Notes under the pieces: generated by a model
The model's input: the letters and a program-made list of their open reading frames with translations, nothing else
The model's database searches: none
What the model was told of the DNA's origin: nothing
Made by a program: the position numbers and the translations under genes
Source: an uncultured delta proteobacterium
GTDB lineage: Bacteria; Myxococcota; Kuafuiibacteriia; Kuafuiibacteriales; Kuafuiibacteriaceae
Length of the DNA stretch: 64,000 nt
Direction: 5' to 3'
Assembly (NCBI GenBank): GCA_963803435.1
Contig: CAWDML010000004.1
Span: 64,001 to 128,000, forward strand
Shown here: positions 46,979 through 57,377 of the stretch, piece by piece
Numbering within the stretch: position 1 is the stretch's first letter
How the letters are laid out: every line of letters begins with the position of its first letter

Positions 46979-47454
46979 GGCGGGCTAGCACAGGCAAGCC
47001 GCGTGCCTAGAGACTGTTCACTTTCGATCGCCGGGCCGTGGACCGCGTGTCTCAGGGGCTCGAATCCTCCCTCCGTTCGGCTCTCCTTGGCGCGCGCGAT
47101 CCTGATCCGGGCGGCGATGAGCGTCGCGTTCGGCGTGGGGGCGCCCTCGGAGCGGAGGCGGATGGTGGCGTGGTCGCCGGCGATGATGTCGGCGGCGGGG
47201 AGCGGCTGGCCGCGGTAGCGGATCATGGCGGGCGAGGGGGGGAGCGTGATCGTGAGATCGAGGAGCGTGCGGCCGTGGCCAGTCCGGAGGACGAGGGTCT
47301 GGTGGGGGGGATCGACGGTGAGGACCTCGCCGTCGAGGTAGAGCGCGCGCGGCGGGGCGGCGCGGGGCGAGCGATGGTGGCGGGCGAGGCCGAGGGCGAA
47401 GGCGCCGGCGAGGGCGATGAGGGCCAGCAGGAGCCAGGAGAGGCGGCGGGTCAT
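46954..47454 (-). CDS. Small membrane-anchored hypothetical protein; 3' end uncertain
   Basis: N-terminal TM followed by an OB-like beta region (GEVLTVDP...IIAGDHATI). Confidence 0.5.
   Translation of the reverse strand: MTRRLSWLLLALIALAGAFALGLARHHRSPRAAPPRALYLDGEVLTVDPPHQTLVLRTGHGRTLLDLTITLPPSPAMIRYRGQPLPAADIIAGDHATIRLRSEGAPTPNATLIAARIRIARAKESRTEGGFEPLRHAVHGPAIESEQSLGTRLACASPPCGSAGWG
46993..47009 (-). promoter_or_regulatory. Candidate sigma-54 promoter upstream of the Kelch lipoprotein
   Basis: The minus strand reads TAGGCACGCGGCTTGCC, close to TGGCACG-N4-TTGC. Confidence 0.4.
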
Positions 47455-47556
47455 GGGCGGTCCCGCGGATCGCGCGCGAGGATGGAGGGGCGCCCATCCT
47501 CGCGCGCACAGGAAACCAGGTGAGGAGATCGTGTCTGCATCTCCTTCGCCTCAGGG

Positions 47557-47949
47557 TCAGTCGGCACTCAGGTCGAGCCAGAACGCGTGCAGGAAGAGGA
47601 ACTCCTCGCGGCGGGTGCAGCGGAGGAGGAGCAGGAGGCGCTGGCGGAGGCGCTCGCTGAGCCGGCTCCGGAGCCTTCGATCGGGCTCCAGCGCGCGCAC
47701 GACGACGAGCGCGCGGAGCTCGTCCAGGGCGCGCTCCTCGATCCTGCGGAGACGGCGCAGCTCTTCGGCCATCTCGGTCGGCCAGCCGGCGGCGCTGGGA
47801 TCGGCGTCGGCGCCGACGTTGTTGTTGAGCGTCGATTCGAGGGCAGCGACCACGTCGAACGTGCTGCTGGGGAGGAGCGGCGCCACCTGGTCGTCGAGGC
47901 GCTCGATCAGCATGCCGATCTTTCGCGGCGCGTCGGAGTTGATGATCAC
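47557..47949 (-). CDS. Hypothetical helical protein, possibly a degenerate hemerythrin-like bundle
   Basis: Coupled to the upstream response regulator; all-helical with C-terminal REEFLF..FWLDL. Confidence 0.5.
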   Translation of the reverse strand: MIINSDAPRKIGMLIERLDDQVAPLLPSSTFDVVAALESTLNNNVGADADPSAAGWPTEMAEELRRLRRIEERALDELRALVVVRALEPDRRLRSRLSERLRQRLLLLLRCTRREEFLFLHAFWLDLSAD

Positions 47950-48413
47950 GACGGCTCCTGAGAGTGCGTCTCGCGAACGGGGACGTGCGTGGTCGGTGGG
48001 CGAAGCCCGTGGACCACCTCGCGCAGCTCGCGCAGGCGGAAGGGCTTGTCGAACATGGCGACCGCGCCCAGCTCCGCCGCCCGCATGTGGGTCTGCTCGT
48101 CGCCGAACGCGGTGATCAAGATGATCGGCACCCGCAGCGTCGAGTCGTTCATGCCGGAGAGCACGTCGAGGCCGGTGATCCCGGGCATGCGCACGTCGGA
48201 GATGATGAGATGCGGCGTCTCGTCGGGTCGGTCGTAGAGAATGAACGCGGCCAGGCGATCCAGGAGCTCGATCCCGTCCGACGCTTCGATGACGTCGTAA
48301 CCGTCGTCGCGCAGCGCACCGGCGATCAGCCGGCGCATCTCGAGGTCGTCCTCGGCGACCAGTACGCGCGACCGCTCGACCCGTAGCCGGACCTCGTTTC
48401 GATCAGAGCTCAT
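47946..48413 (-). CDS. Single-domain response regulator
   Basis: VLVAEDD, IISDVRMPG, ITAF, FDKPF. Confidence 0.9.
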   Translation of the reverse strand: MSSDRNEVRLRVERSRVLVAEDDLEMRRLIAGALRDDGYDVIEASDGIELLDRLAAFILYDRPDETPHLIISDVRMPGITGLDVLSGMNDSTLRVPIILITAFGDEQTHMRAAELGAVAMFDKPFRLRELREVVHGLRPPTTHVPVRETHSQEPS

Positions 48414-49840
48414 GCCGATCTCCTCGCTCCGGACTCTCCGGATGAACTGGGAAGGTGGATGGTGAAGACGCTCCCTCGACCAACCTCGCTGTCGACCGTG
48501 ATCCAGCCGCCGTGCTCCGAGACGATCCCGTACGCGACCGAGAGCCCGAGGCCGGTGCCTTCGCCGACGGGCTTGGTGGTGAAGAAGGGTTCGAACAAGC
48601 GCTTGCGATGCTCGACCGGTATCCCGCAGCCCGTATCGCGGACGTGGACGTTGATGCTGGCTCGCGGCTCGGCGGTCCGCTCCAGCTCGACGGTGACCTG
48701 ACCACCGCGCGGGGTGGCGTGGATCGCGTTCATCACCAGGTTGGTGAGGACCTGCTCGATCTGCGAGGCATCGACCTCGAGGAGCGGAGTCTCCCGGCCG
48801 GCGGCCAGGAGCACGATGCCGCGTCGATCCGCGAGGGGACCGAGCACGGCAATCGTCTTGTGCACCACCCGGACCAGGTCCTCCGAGGCCTTCTTGGGAG
48901 GGCGCCGGCGCGCGAAGTCGAGCAGCTGCCGGACGATCACTGCCATCCGATCGGTCTGCTCGATGATGATCTGCGCCTCCTGGGAGGCGCGCGGCGCCTC
49001 GGTCTCTCCGGAGGCGATCATCTCCGCTCGCGCCGAGACGACGTTCAGAGGCGTGCCGAGCTCGTGCGCGACGCCGGCCGCCAGCTGCCCCACGGTGGCG
49101 AGCCGCTCCGCATGCCGGAGCCCTTCGAGCGCGCGAATGCGTGCCGCCGACTCCTCTTCGACCCGTCGCTGCGCCTCCGCCAGCATCTCGCTCGTGGTGT
49201 TCAGCTCGCGCGCGAGCTCTCCGAACTCGTCGTCCCGGATCATCTTGAGCGTGCCGCCGAAGTCGCCGCGTCCGATCTTGCGAGCCTTGTCGATGATCAT
49301 CCCGGTGGGTCGCGCGACGTACGCGAGGCCAAACACCACGGTGAGGATGATCGAGGCGAGAAGCACCAGGCAGGTGGTGAGCGCCGTGCTCAGCACGGTC
49401 CGCCGAAGGTAGGCCGCCGTCTCTCCGAGGGGTTCCGTGAGCTCGAGCGCCCCGATCTTCTGGAGGCCCAGCCGGACCGGCACCGTCGTTCGGAACACGC
49501 CCTGCGGCGCCCGCGGGATCAAGAGTGAGAGCCAGTCGTGAAGCGCGATGGCCTCGAACTCGATGTCGTCGCCGCTCGTCTCGCTGGCTCGTCGCCAACG
49601 GATCGTCACGTGCTGGTCCTTCGAGGTCTCCTCGACGAGCCGCTCGGCTGCGCTGTCGCCGCCGTCCGCCCACGCGTCGCGGACCGCGTTTTCCAGGATA
49701 TGCCCGATCAGCCGGTGGTCGTGCTCGACGTCGTTCCGGAACAGCGAGATCTCGCGAGCAATCTGCACGGCACACTCACCTGCGAGGACGAGCGCGACGC
49801 TCAGCAGGATCATCTCGACGAGCCGCTTCGTCAGTTTCAT
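48410..49840 (-). CDS. HAMP sensor histidine kinase
   Basis: Two TMs, HAMP (DEFGELA), AHELGTPL, NLVMNA, DTGCG, GTGLGL. Confidence 0.92.
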   Translation of the reverse strand: MKLTKRLVEMILLSVALVLAGECAVQIAREISLFRNDVEHDHRLIGHILENAVRDAWADGGDSAAERLVEETSKDQHVTIRWRRASETSGDDIEFEAIALHDWLSLLIPRAPQGVFRTTVPVRLGLQKIGALELTEPLGETAAYLRRTVLSTALTTCLVLLASIILTVVFGLAYVARPTGMIIDKARKIGRGDFGGTLKMIRDDEFGELARELNTTSEMLAEAQRRVEEESAARIRALEGLRHAERLATVGQLAAGVAHELGTPLNVVSARAEMIASGETEAPRASQEAQIIIEQTDRMAVIVRQLLDFARRRPPKKASEDLVRVVHKTIAVLGPLADRRGIVLLAAGRETPLLEVDASQIEQVLTNLVMNAIHATPRGGQVTVELERTAEPRASINVHVRDTGCGIPVEHRKRLFEPFFTTKPVGEGTGLGLSVAYGIVSEHGGWITVDSEVGRGSVFTIHLPSSSGESGARRSA

Positions 49841-49964
49841 CGCGCTCCCGTGAGGCGGGCGGAGCGGTCGCAAGAAACGAACCACGCACGCGCTCACGGC
49901 GAGTCGCGGCGGCGCCCGATCCGATCGACCAAAACGTCGATCGACCTCGACGATTTGGGGTCCT

Positions 49965-51353
49965 CTACTCGTCCTTGCCGCGGAGCCCGAACTTCTCGAG
50001 GCGGTATTGCAGCGTTCGGTAGGTCATGCCGAGCATCTTGGCCGCCTTGGCGATGACGTGCCCGCTGCGGGCCATCGCCTGCGCAAGGATCTGCCGCTCG
50101 AAGTCCTCGAACACGAATCCGTCCTCGGGGAGCTCGAAGTCGAGGCGCGGCGTCAGCCTGACCTTGCCCGAGGGGGTCCCGACCTCGGCCGGCAGGTCCT
50201 CGAGCCGAATCTGGTCGCCGTCCGCCATCACCGACGCGCGCTCGACGACCGACTGCACCTCTCGCACGTTCCCCGGCCACCGGTAGGCCATCAGCGCTGC
50301 GAGTGCGTCGGGAGCCATGCGCTTGGGGCTGGTCTCGTTCTCCGCGGACAGCCGCGTCAGGAAGTGCTCCACCAGGAGCGCGACGTCGGTGCTGCGCTCC
50401 CGCAGCGGGGGCAGGACGATCGGAAACACGTTGAGGCGCCAGAAGAGGTCTTCGCGAAAAGTGCCTTCGCGGGTCAGCTTCGCCAGGTCGCTGTGGGTGG
50501 CGGCCACCATCCGGACGTCGACCGGAAGCGCCGCTGTTCCGCCGACCCTCAGGATCTCGCGCTCCTGGAGCACGCGCAGCAGCTTCGGCTGCAGCGAGAG
50601 CGGCAGGTCTCCGATCTCGTCGAGGAAGAGCGTCCCCTGGGAGGCGCGTTCGAAGTGTCCGAGCTTGCGGGCGACGGCTCCGGTGAACGCACCCTTCTCG
50701 TGTCCGAACAGCTCGCTCTCGAGCAGCGTCTCCGGGATCGCGGCGCAGTTGATCGCCACGAAGGGACCGTTCTTGCGGCGGCTGCGGGCGTGTATCGCCC
50801 GCGCGATCACCTCCTTGCCGGTACCGGTCTCACCGTAGATCAGCACCGACGAGCTCGTCGGCGCCACCTTGGCCACCAGCCGCATCACCTCACGCATGGC
50901 GCCGTGCGACGCGACGATGTTCTGGTCGGAGTACCGCTCGTCGAGCGCCTCGCGAAGGGCCGCGTTCTGGCGAAGGAGGCGGACCCGTTCGAGCGCGCGC
51001 TCGAGGGTGAGCAGGAGATCCGCGCGATCGAGCGGCTTGGTCAGGTAGTCGAACGCCCCCTCCTTCATCGCCCGCACCGCGGTGTCGACGCTGCCATGTG
51101 CCGTCATCAGCACGACCGGGATCGCGGGCGCGACCCTCCGAAGATCGGCCAGCAGATCGAGCCCGTCCTCGTCCGCCATCCGCAGGTCGGTCAGGATGAC
51201 GTCGGGAGGGCTCGGCTCCAGCAGCTTGAGCGCAGTCTTGGCTCCGCCCGCCTGCGACACGTCCCATCCGGCGCTGGACAGGATCGCCGCGATGATCTCG
51301 CGCTGGGGGGCCTCGTCGTCGACGACGAGCGCGCGTCCGAGGGGCGCGGTCAC
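49965..51353 (-). CDS. Sigma-54-dependent response regulator (NtrC family)
   Basis: REC domain, GETGTGKE, GAFTGA, LFLDEIG, WPGNVRE, C-terminal HTH. Confidence 0.95.
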   Translation of the reverse strand: MTAPLGRALVVDDEAPQREIIAAILSSAGWDVSQAGGAKTALKLLEPSPPDVILTDLRMADEDGLDLLADLRRVAPAIPVVLMTAHGSVDTAVRAMKEGAFDYLTKPLDRADLLLTLERALERVRLLRQNAALREALDERYSDQNIVASHGAMREVMRLVAKVAPTSSSVLIYGETGTGKEVIARAIHARSRRKNGPFVAINCAAIPETLLESELFGHEKGAFTGAVARKLGHFERASQGTLFLDEIGDLPLSLQPKLLRVLQEREILRVGGTAALPVDVRMVAATHSDLAKLTREGTFREDLFWRLNVFPIVLPPLRERSTDVALLVEHFLTRLSAENETSPKRMAPDALAALMAYRWPGNVREVQSVVERASVMADGDQIRLEDLPAEVGTPSGKVRLTPRLDFELPEDGFVFEDFERQILAQAMARSGHVIAKAAKMLGMTYRTLQYRLEKFGLRGKDE

Positions 51354-52717
51354 TTCGAGCCTCGGTCGAGCCGGCGCGGCAGCGTGAGCGTGAAGCGGGC
51401 CCCGCCGCCGGGGTGGTTCGCGGCCGTGAGCTCACCGTGATGGTCGCGCGCCGCGCGGCGGGCCAGGACCAGCCCGATCCCGACGCCCTTCTCCTTGGTG
51501 GTGAAGTAGGGCTCGAACAGGTGCTCGAGCACGTCGGCGGCGAGCCCCGGCCCACGATCCTCGACGTGGATCGCGATCGTGTCCTCGTCCAGCGACTCGG
51601 TCCTCAGCGTCACGACGGCGCCGCCCTCCGCCGCCTGGAAGGCGTTGGTGAGCAGGCCGCGAAGGATGGTCTCGATCACGCTCGCGTCCCACGAGGCGGC
51701 ACCGACGTCGTCACCCGCGATCTCCACCGAGGTCTTCGGCGTCGTCATCGAGGTGGCCACGGATCCCAGGAGCGTGCGGACCGAGATCTCCTGCGGGTGG
51801 AGCTCGATCGGTTTGCCCAGGCGGAGGAACTCGGCGATGCGTGTGTTGGCGCGCTCGATCTCGGACTTCATCTGGCCGCCGATCTGCTCTGCTCCGCCCT
51901 CACCGTGCGCCTCGGCCACGAGGTGATCAACGGCGAGAGACAGATAGTTGAGCGGGTTGCGGATGTCATGAGCGATCGAGGCCGCCATTCGTCCCAAGAG
52001 CGCGTCGCGCTCACGCTCCTCGAGCCGCTGGCGGAGCGCGTCCCGCTCGCGCAGCGCACTCAGCATGTCTCCGAAAGCCAGCACCAGCGCGCCCACCTCG
52101 TCACCGCTGGCGGCAGGGAGCGGGCTGTCGAGCGCACCCTCGCGGATCCGGAGCGCCGCCACGCGCAGCGCCTCGATGGGACGCGAGATCTGGCGGGTGA
52201 TGATCCAGATGACGACCAGCGCCAGAACGAAGACCACCCCGACCAGCTCGGCGCGCTCCAGCCGGAGCGCACGCAGGCGTCCCTCGAGCTCGCCGGAGGT
52301 CATCCGGAGCTCGATGTAGCCCAGCTTGCTGGCGCCGATGACGATCGGAACCAACAGATCGTAGGCCGACCGCACCTCCTCACCCTGGTGACCCTCCTCG
52401 ATGAGGAACGCGTGCGGAGGGTCGTGGCTGCCGGCCACCCGTTGCTTGGCCGGATCGAGCACGGTGATCTGCCGGATGCCCGCGGGCCCGAGCCGGCGGA
52501 CGTAGTCCCGCAGGAGCTCCTCGTCCGGCTCGGCGGACGGACCCAGCTGCTGCACGCTGACCTGCATCGCCTCGGTCAGCGCCTCGACGGCGTGCCGGAC
52601 CTCTTCGACCAGCGCCGACTCGACCGAGACGTCGTACGACTCGATGGCAACCAGCGCCCCGGCGAGCGCCAGGCACGCCATCCCGAGAATCTTCGCGCGT
52701 ATCCCGAACGCCCGCAC
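51350..52717 (-). CDS. HAMP sensor histidine kinase
   Basis: Two TMs, HAMP, AHDIRNPL, DRGPG, FEPYFTTK, GVGIGL; coupled to the NtrC gene. Confidence 0.9.
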   Translation of the reverse strand: MRAFGIRAKILGMACLALAGALVAIESYDVSVESALVEEVRHAVEALTEAMQVSVQQLGPSAEPDEELLRDYVRRLGPAGIRQITVLDPAKQRVAGSHDPPHAFLIEEGHQGEEVRSAYDLLVPIVIGASKLGYIELRMTSGELEGRLRALRLERAELVGVVFVLALVVIWIITRQISRPIEALRVAALRIREGALDSPLPAASGDEVGALVLAFGDMLSALRERDALRQRLEERERDALLGRMAASIAHDIRNPLNYLSLAVDHLVAEAHGEGGAEQIGGQMKSEIERANTRIAEFLRLGKPIELHPQEISVRTLLGSVATSMTTPKTSVEIAGDDVGAASWDASVIETILRGLLTNAFQAAEGGAVVTLRTESLDEDTIAIHVEDRGPGLAADVLEHLFEPYFTTKEKGVGIGLVLARRAARDHHGELTAANHPGGGARFTLTLPRRLDRGSK

Positions 52718-52729
52718 GCTCCCAGAACC

Positions 52730-53930
52730 TTAGGCGCGTTCGAGCACGATGGCGATGCCTTGTCCTCCGCCGATGCAGGCTAGCCGACAGCGTACGCCCG
52801 CCGCGGCGCGCGAGCTCGTAACGAGATGCGTGGTGATCCGCGCGCCCGATGCGCCCAGCGGGTGGCCGAGCGCGATCGCGCCGCCGTCGACGTTCGTCTT
52901 TTCGCGGGGCAAGCCGAGCTCCTTCTCCACCGCGAGATACTGCGGCGCGAACGCCTCGTTGACCTCGAAAGATCGAGTCGCTGACTGCGTGAGCCCCGCG
53001 CGCGCCAGCGCCATCCGGATCGCGGGCGCCGGGCCGATGCCCATCAGCTTCGGATCGACGCCGGCGACGCCCCACTGCGGAGCTTGCGCCAGCGGCGTCA
53101 GCCCCTTCTTCTCGCGCCAGCTCGCTCGACGCCAAGACCAGCGTCGCGGCGCCGTCGCAGATGCCGGACGCGTTCCCGGCGGTGACCACGCCGTCCTTCT
53201 TGAACACGGGCGGAGCTTGGCGAGCGCCTCCATCGTCGACTGTCGGGCGCGGGTGCTCGTCGACCGCGAACGCGACGCTAGCCCTTCTTGGTCGCGATCT
53301 CGACCGGCACGATCTCCTCGCTCGAAGCGCCGGCCCTCTTGCGCCGCCGCCCAGCGCTTCTGCGAGCGCAGCGCGTATTCGTCGCAAGCCTGTCGCGAGA
53401 TGCCGATAGTTGACCGCGAGGTTCTCGGCGGTGATCGCCATCGGGCATCCGCAGTAGCTGTCGGTGAGCGCGCTCCACAGCGAGTCCTCGAGCTCGGGCG
53501 ACTTGCCGAACGGCAGCCCCCAGCGCGCGCCGCGGACCACATGCGGCGCCTGCGACATGTTCTCGGCGCCCCCGACCAGGCACGGCCTCCGCGTCGCCGA
53601 GGAGGATCTGCTCGGCGCCGCTGACGACCGCCTGGAAGCCCGAGCCGCACAGCCGGTTCACCGTGAGCGCCGGGACGATCCTCGGGGAGGCCGGCGCGAA
53701 GCCCCACGTGGCGCGCGCAGTAGATCGCGTCGGGCGAGGTCTGCTGCACGTTGCCGAAGATCGATCTGCTCGATCTCGGAGGGCTCGAGCCTGGACTGCG
53801 CGAGCGCAGCCCTCGAGGCCTCCACGGCGAGGTCGGTGGCGGACTTGTCCTTGAGCGCGCCTCCGAAGGTGCCGAAGGCGGTGCGCTTGGCGCCGACGAT
53901 CCAGATCTCTCGAGCGAGCTTCTTGGCCAT
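52730..53930 (-). pseudogene. Acetyl-CoA acyltransferase (thiolase), multiply frameshifted (sequence error or decay)
   Basis: Thiolase motifs spread over three frames: GAKRTAFGTFGG, NRLCGSGFQA, TAGNASGICDGAA, EVNEAFA, GGAIALGHPLGASG, CIGGGQG. Confidence 0.8.
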
Positions 53931-53955
53931 GCCGGTTTCTAGGCCGGCCGATGGA

Positions 53956-55655
53956 TTATTTGCAACTAGACTTGCGACCAAGCTTGCAGGCCCGCTTCGC
54001 GAACGCATCCGCGGTCCTATCGTTCTGGGTGCCGCCGATACCGTCCCGCCACATCGCGGACAGCTTGTCGCAGGCGGTCGCGTTGGCCGAGTCGCAGGCC
54101 TTCTCGTAGAGACGTCGGGCACGCTTGGCCTCGCCGACGTCGGCCAGTATTTCGGCCGCGCGATAGCAGCCGACCATGCTGTGCAGCGTGCACGCTCGAT
54201 CGAACAAAGCGAGCGCCTCCGACTTGCTGGCCGGCACTCCTCCGGCACCCTGCAGGAACATGTCGCCCGCCTCGAGGCAGGCGGCGCTCTTACCGGATCG
54301 GCACTTCTTCGCGATCTGGACGCCCTTCGCGCCCGCCACCGGCTCGGGCGGCGGCGGCGGCTGGGCCGGAGGCGGGGGCTCGTCGACCTGCGGGGGCGGC
54401 TCTGCCGGCGGCGGTGTCGGCTCGTCGATCATCTTCCCTACGGGCGGCGGCGCCGCGCTGATCGCCGGGGATTCGCTGCCCGAGAGCCCGAACAACAGAT
54501 AGCCGCCCGCCACTGCGATCGCGACCGATGCCACGACGATCGCGGCCCACGACAGCGCGTTCGACCGCGGCTCGTCGAAGTCGTCGTCGTCCTCCACGGG
54601 CACGACATTGGTGGCGTCTCCCCGCCGCACCGGACGCAGCGGCTGCGATGGCGACCGCGAGTCCGAGATCGGGCTGATCGCGCCGAAGGAGGGCTCCTTC
54701 TCGGTGACCTCCCGATTCCTGATCGGCGGCATGCGATCCGTGGTCGCGTCGCGCTGCTGCGCGAGGGCCGAGCTGACGCTGTCCAGCGAGACCGGCGTGG
54801 TCGGCGAGTAGCCGATCTGATGGGCGCGCAATCGCGTCGGATCCCCGCATCCTGCGTCTGCACTCGGATGTGCCGGATCGCCTCCACCAGCGGAGTCATC
54901 GTCGGGAAGCGGTTGCTCGGGTTGGTGTCGAGGGCCCGCTGAATGACCTTGAGCAGATCCACCGGCAGGACCGAGAGCGACTCGGTCTGGGATCGTCCTG
55001 GGGAGCCCTTGACGATGAGCTGATGGAGGATCTTCGCGACCGCCCACTGATCCGAGGCCGCCGTGGTCTGCCCTCCGCTGAGCATCTCGGGCGGTACGTA
55101 CGCCTTCTGGTACTCGGAGAAGCCGCCGAAGCCCGCCCGAGCCCAGATCAGATCCGTCAACTTCACTTGCAGACCGCGGTCAGTGGGGACCACCAGCACA
55201 TTACTCGGCTTGACGTCGCCATGGTGCGTTCCGCTCATGTGCAGCCACATCACCACCGAGGCCAGCTGCTCCATGACGCCGAGGAGGTTCGCGAACGCGG
55301 AAGGGTCGTCGAGGATCGTCCGCGCTTCGGCGGAACGGAAGGGATAGACGTCGAGGTTGCGCGCCTCCAGGTACTCGGTGGCGAGGCCAAAGAGGCCGTC
55401 CTCGGGACGTCGGGCGGTTCCCACGATCGCAGCCAGGTTCGGATGGTCGAAGCGTCCGTGCTGCGTGAGCGTGTGCGTGAGACGCTCGAAGGCCCGCTGG
55501 ATCGGGCGCCCGAGCTCGAACGCGGCGGGCTTGATCAGCTTGAGGATCGTGTTCTGGACCCGGTCGACGCGGGCGGCCCGCCAGACCACGCCTCGCGGAC
55601 CTTCACCGAGCCGGAACGAGAGCCGGTACTCGCCGATGACGTCGCCGACGTTCAA
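53956..55655 (-). CDS. Atypical Ser/Thr kinase with TM helix and Sel1-like repeats; frameshift at the C4 run 54843-54846
   Basis: GEGPRG, HGDVKPSN, YVPPE and SDQWA in the 55655 frame. TM and Cys-containing Sel1 repeats (FDRAC, YEKAC, KRAC) in the 53956 frame. One extra G on the minus strand joins them. Confidence 0.7.
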
Positions 55656-55662
55656 TCCGCAG

Positions 55663-56868
55663 CTACTCTACCATGTCCGGTTCGGCTCCTCGCTTCGCGC
55701 GGCGGCCCGGAAGGTTTGCGCGGGCGAGGAGGGGGTTGGGCAAGGCGGCGCGGAGCGCGCGCACGGTGAAGCTGGGAATGCCGAGCTCGCCGAGGCGCTC
55801 CACGGGTGCACGCCGCATCGACGGGGAGGTGTCGAGGCGGCCCTCGACCCGCGCGATCCGCATTAGGAGATCGCGGTGCGTGAGGACGTGCTTCACCTCC
55901 GCGACCGGCTCGACGCGACCGAGATCCCATCCGTGCTTGCGGCAGGCCTCGTCGCGGATCGCGTCCTCGTCGAGGCTGCCCTCGAGCATCGGGAGACACC
56001 ATAGGCTCGCGAACAGGCCCTTCTCCGGGCGGCGCTCGAGCAGCACGGTCGTGCCCTCGACGTGGAGCAGGGCGGTGACCCACAGCGTGGCGCGGGCGGC
56101 GCGCTTTCTCGGAGGCGGGATGCGATCGGTGGTCCCGTTCGCGTGCGCGCGGCAGTCGATTCGGAGCGGGCACCGAGCGCATTCGGGAGCCCGCGGCGCA
56201 CAGAGCAGCGCGCCCACCTCGATCAATCCCTGATTGAGCTCGCCGGTCGCCGTCCCCTCGGCGAGCTGCTCCGCGAGCACCCATACCGCGCGATTCGGCG
56301 CACCCCGCGTGACGTCGCCCTCGATCCCGGCGACGCGCGCCAATACCCGGAGCACGTTGCCGTCGACCGCAGGCGTGGGCGTGTCGTACGCGATCGAGGC
56401 CACCGCGCCGGCGGTGTAGCGGCCGAGGCCCGGCAGCGCGGCGATCGCGTCGAGCGCCGTGGGGAAGACGGCGTCGTGCTCCCGGACGATCGCGTGGGCC
56501 GCGTCGAGCATCAGCTTCGCGCGGCGGTAGTAGCCGAGCCCCGACCAGGCGGCCCGAACGTCTTCGGGGTCGGCGGCGGCCAGCGCGCGGACGTCCGGCC
56601 AGCGGGCCAGGAAGCGTTCGTAGTATGGGACGACCGTATCGACCCGCGTCTGCTGGAGCATGATCTCGGAGATCCAGATCGCGTAGGGGTCACGCGTCTG
56701 GCGCCAGGGAAGATCGCGGCGGTGCGCGCGGTACCAGGCGAGCACCCGGGCGCGCGTGCCTCCCGCGTCCACCGGCGCCGGAGGCTCCTCGGCCGCCGGC
56801 CGCGGGTCAAGCGTGACGGTGGGCGGCCGAGGTGATAGGAGCGGGGACGCATCGCGAACGTGCATCAT
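55663..56868 (-). CDS. mutY: A/G-specific adenine glycosylase
   Basis: RDLPWR, ISEIMLQQT, WSGLGYYRRA, LPGLGRYTA, VDGNVLRV and the C-x6-C-x2-C-x5-C Fe-S motif. Start uncertain. Confidence 0.95.
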   Translation of the reverse strand: MMHVRDASPLLSPRPPTVTLDPRPAAEEPPAPVDAGGTRARVLAWYRAHRRDLPWRQTRDPYAIWISEIMLQQTRVDTVVPYYERFLARWPDVRALAAADPEDVRAAWSGLGYYRRAKLMLDAAHAIVREHDAVFPTALDAIAALPGLGRYTAGAVASIAYDTPTPAVDGNVLRVLARVAGIEGDVTRGAPNRAVWVLAEQLAEGTATGELNQGLIEVGALLCAPRAPECARCPLRIDCRAHANGTTDRIPPPRKRAARATLWVTALLHVEGTTVLLERRPEKGLFASLWCLPMLEGSLDEDAIRDEACRKHGWDLGRVEPVAEVKHVLTHRDLLMRIARVEGRLDTSPSMRRAPVERLGELGIPSFTVRALRAALPNPLLARANLPGRRAKRGAEPDMVE

Positions 56869-57282
56869 TCATCGACGCAGGGGCCTCCAGGACCCGGCTC
56901 CGCGTGGCTCTGTGTGTTCCTGGTGTGTGGGTGCAGGTCGCAACCCGTCCCGACGGTACCGTCGCGGATCGACCCGCTCGCGACCGAGGCGCTGACGCCG
57001 GAGGACGTGGAGGCGGAGGTTCGATCGGTCGCAACGGACCTGGGGTCGTGCTATCGCAACGAGCGCCTGCAGCTGTTCTCCGGCGATCTGCCCGAGTACC
57101 TGCTGCGGCTTCGCGTCCCGACCGACGGCAGTCGTCCCGAGGTCACGGTGGTCAAGGCGTCGATCGCCGGCAAGGAGGCGCTGGAGAGCTGCCTGGTCAC
57201 GGTGCTCTCGCGCCTGCGATTTCCTGCGCACCCGGGCAAGCGGATCACCCTCAACATTCCGATCAACGAGGCCGGCAGGTGA
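56860..57282 (+). CDS. Lipoprotein with AgmX/PglI C-terminal (TonB-C-like) domain
   Basis: VCG-C lipobox-like; LGSCY ... LESCL..VL..LRFP pattern. Start uncertain. Confidence 0.6.
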   Translation: MHHSSTQGPPGPGSAWLCVFLVCGCRSQPVPTVPSRIDPLATEALTPEDVEAEVRSVATDLGSCYRNERLQLFSGDLPEYLLRLRVPTDGSRPEVTVVKASIAGKEALESCLVTVLSRLRFPAHPGKRITLNIPINEAGR

Positions 57283-57298
57283 AGCGCGGACCCGCCGC

Positions 57299-57326
57299 TT
57301 GCGCGACGTCGGACCCGTGCTACGAT
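57299..57326 (+). promoter_or_regulatory. Candidate sigma-70 promoter of mglBA
   Basis: TTGCGC-N16-TACGAT with an extended TG; SD GAGGGGAG before ATG 57378. Confidence 0.4.
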
Positions 57327-57377
57327 GCGGCGTTCCGGAGGATTCGGTCCTTCGGCGTCGAGGGGAGTGCAACGTAA

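Noticed and set aside
45533-52717. Genomic island integrated at tRNA-Lys
   Set aside because: No integrase, no duplicated tRNA 3' end noticed, and downstream codon usage matches the host.
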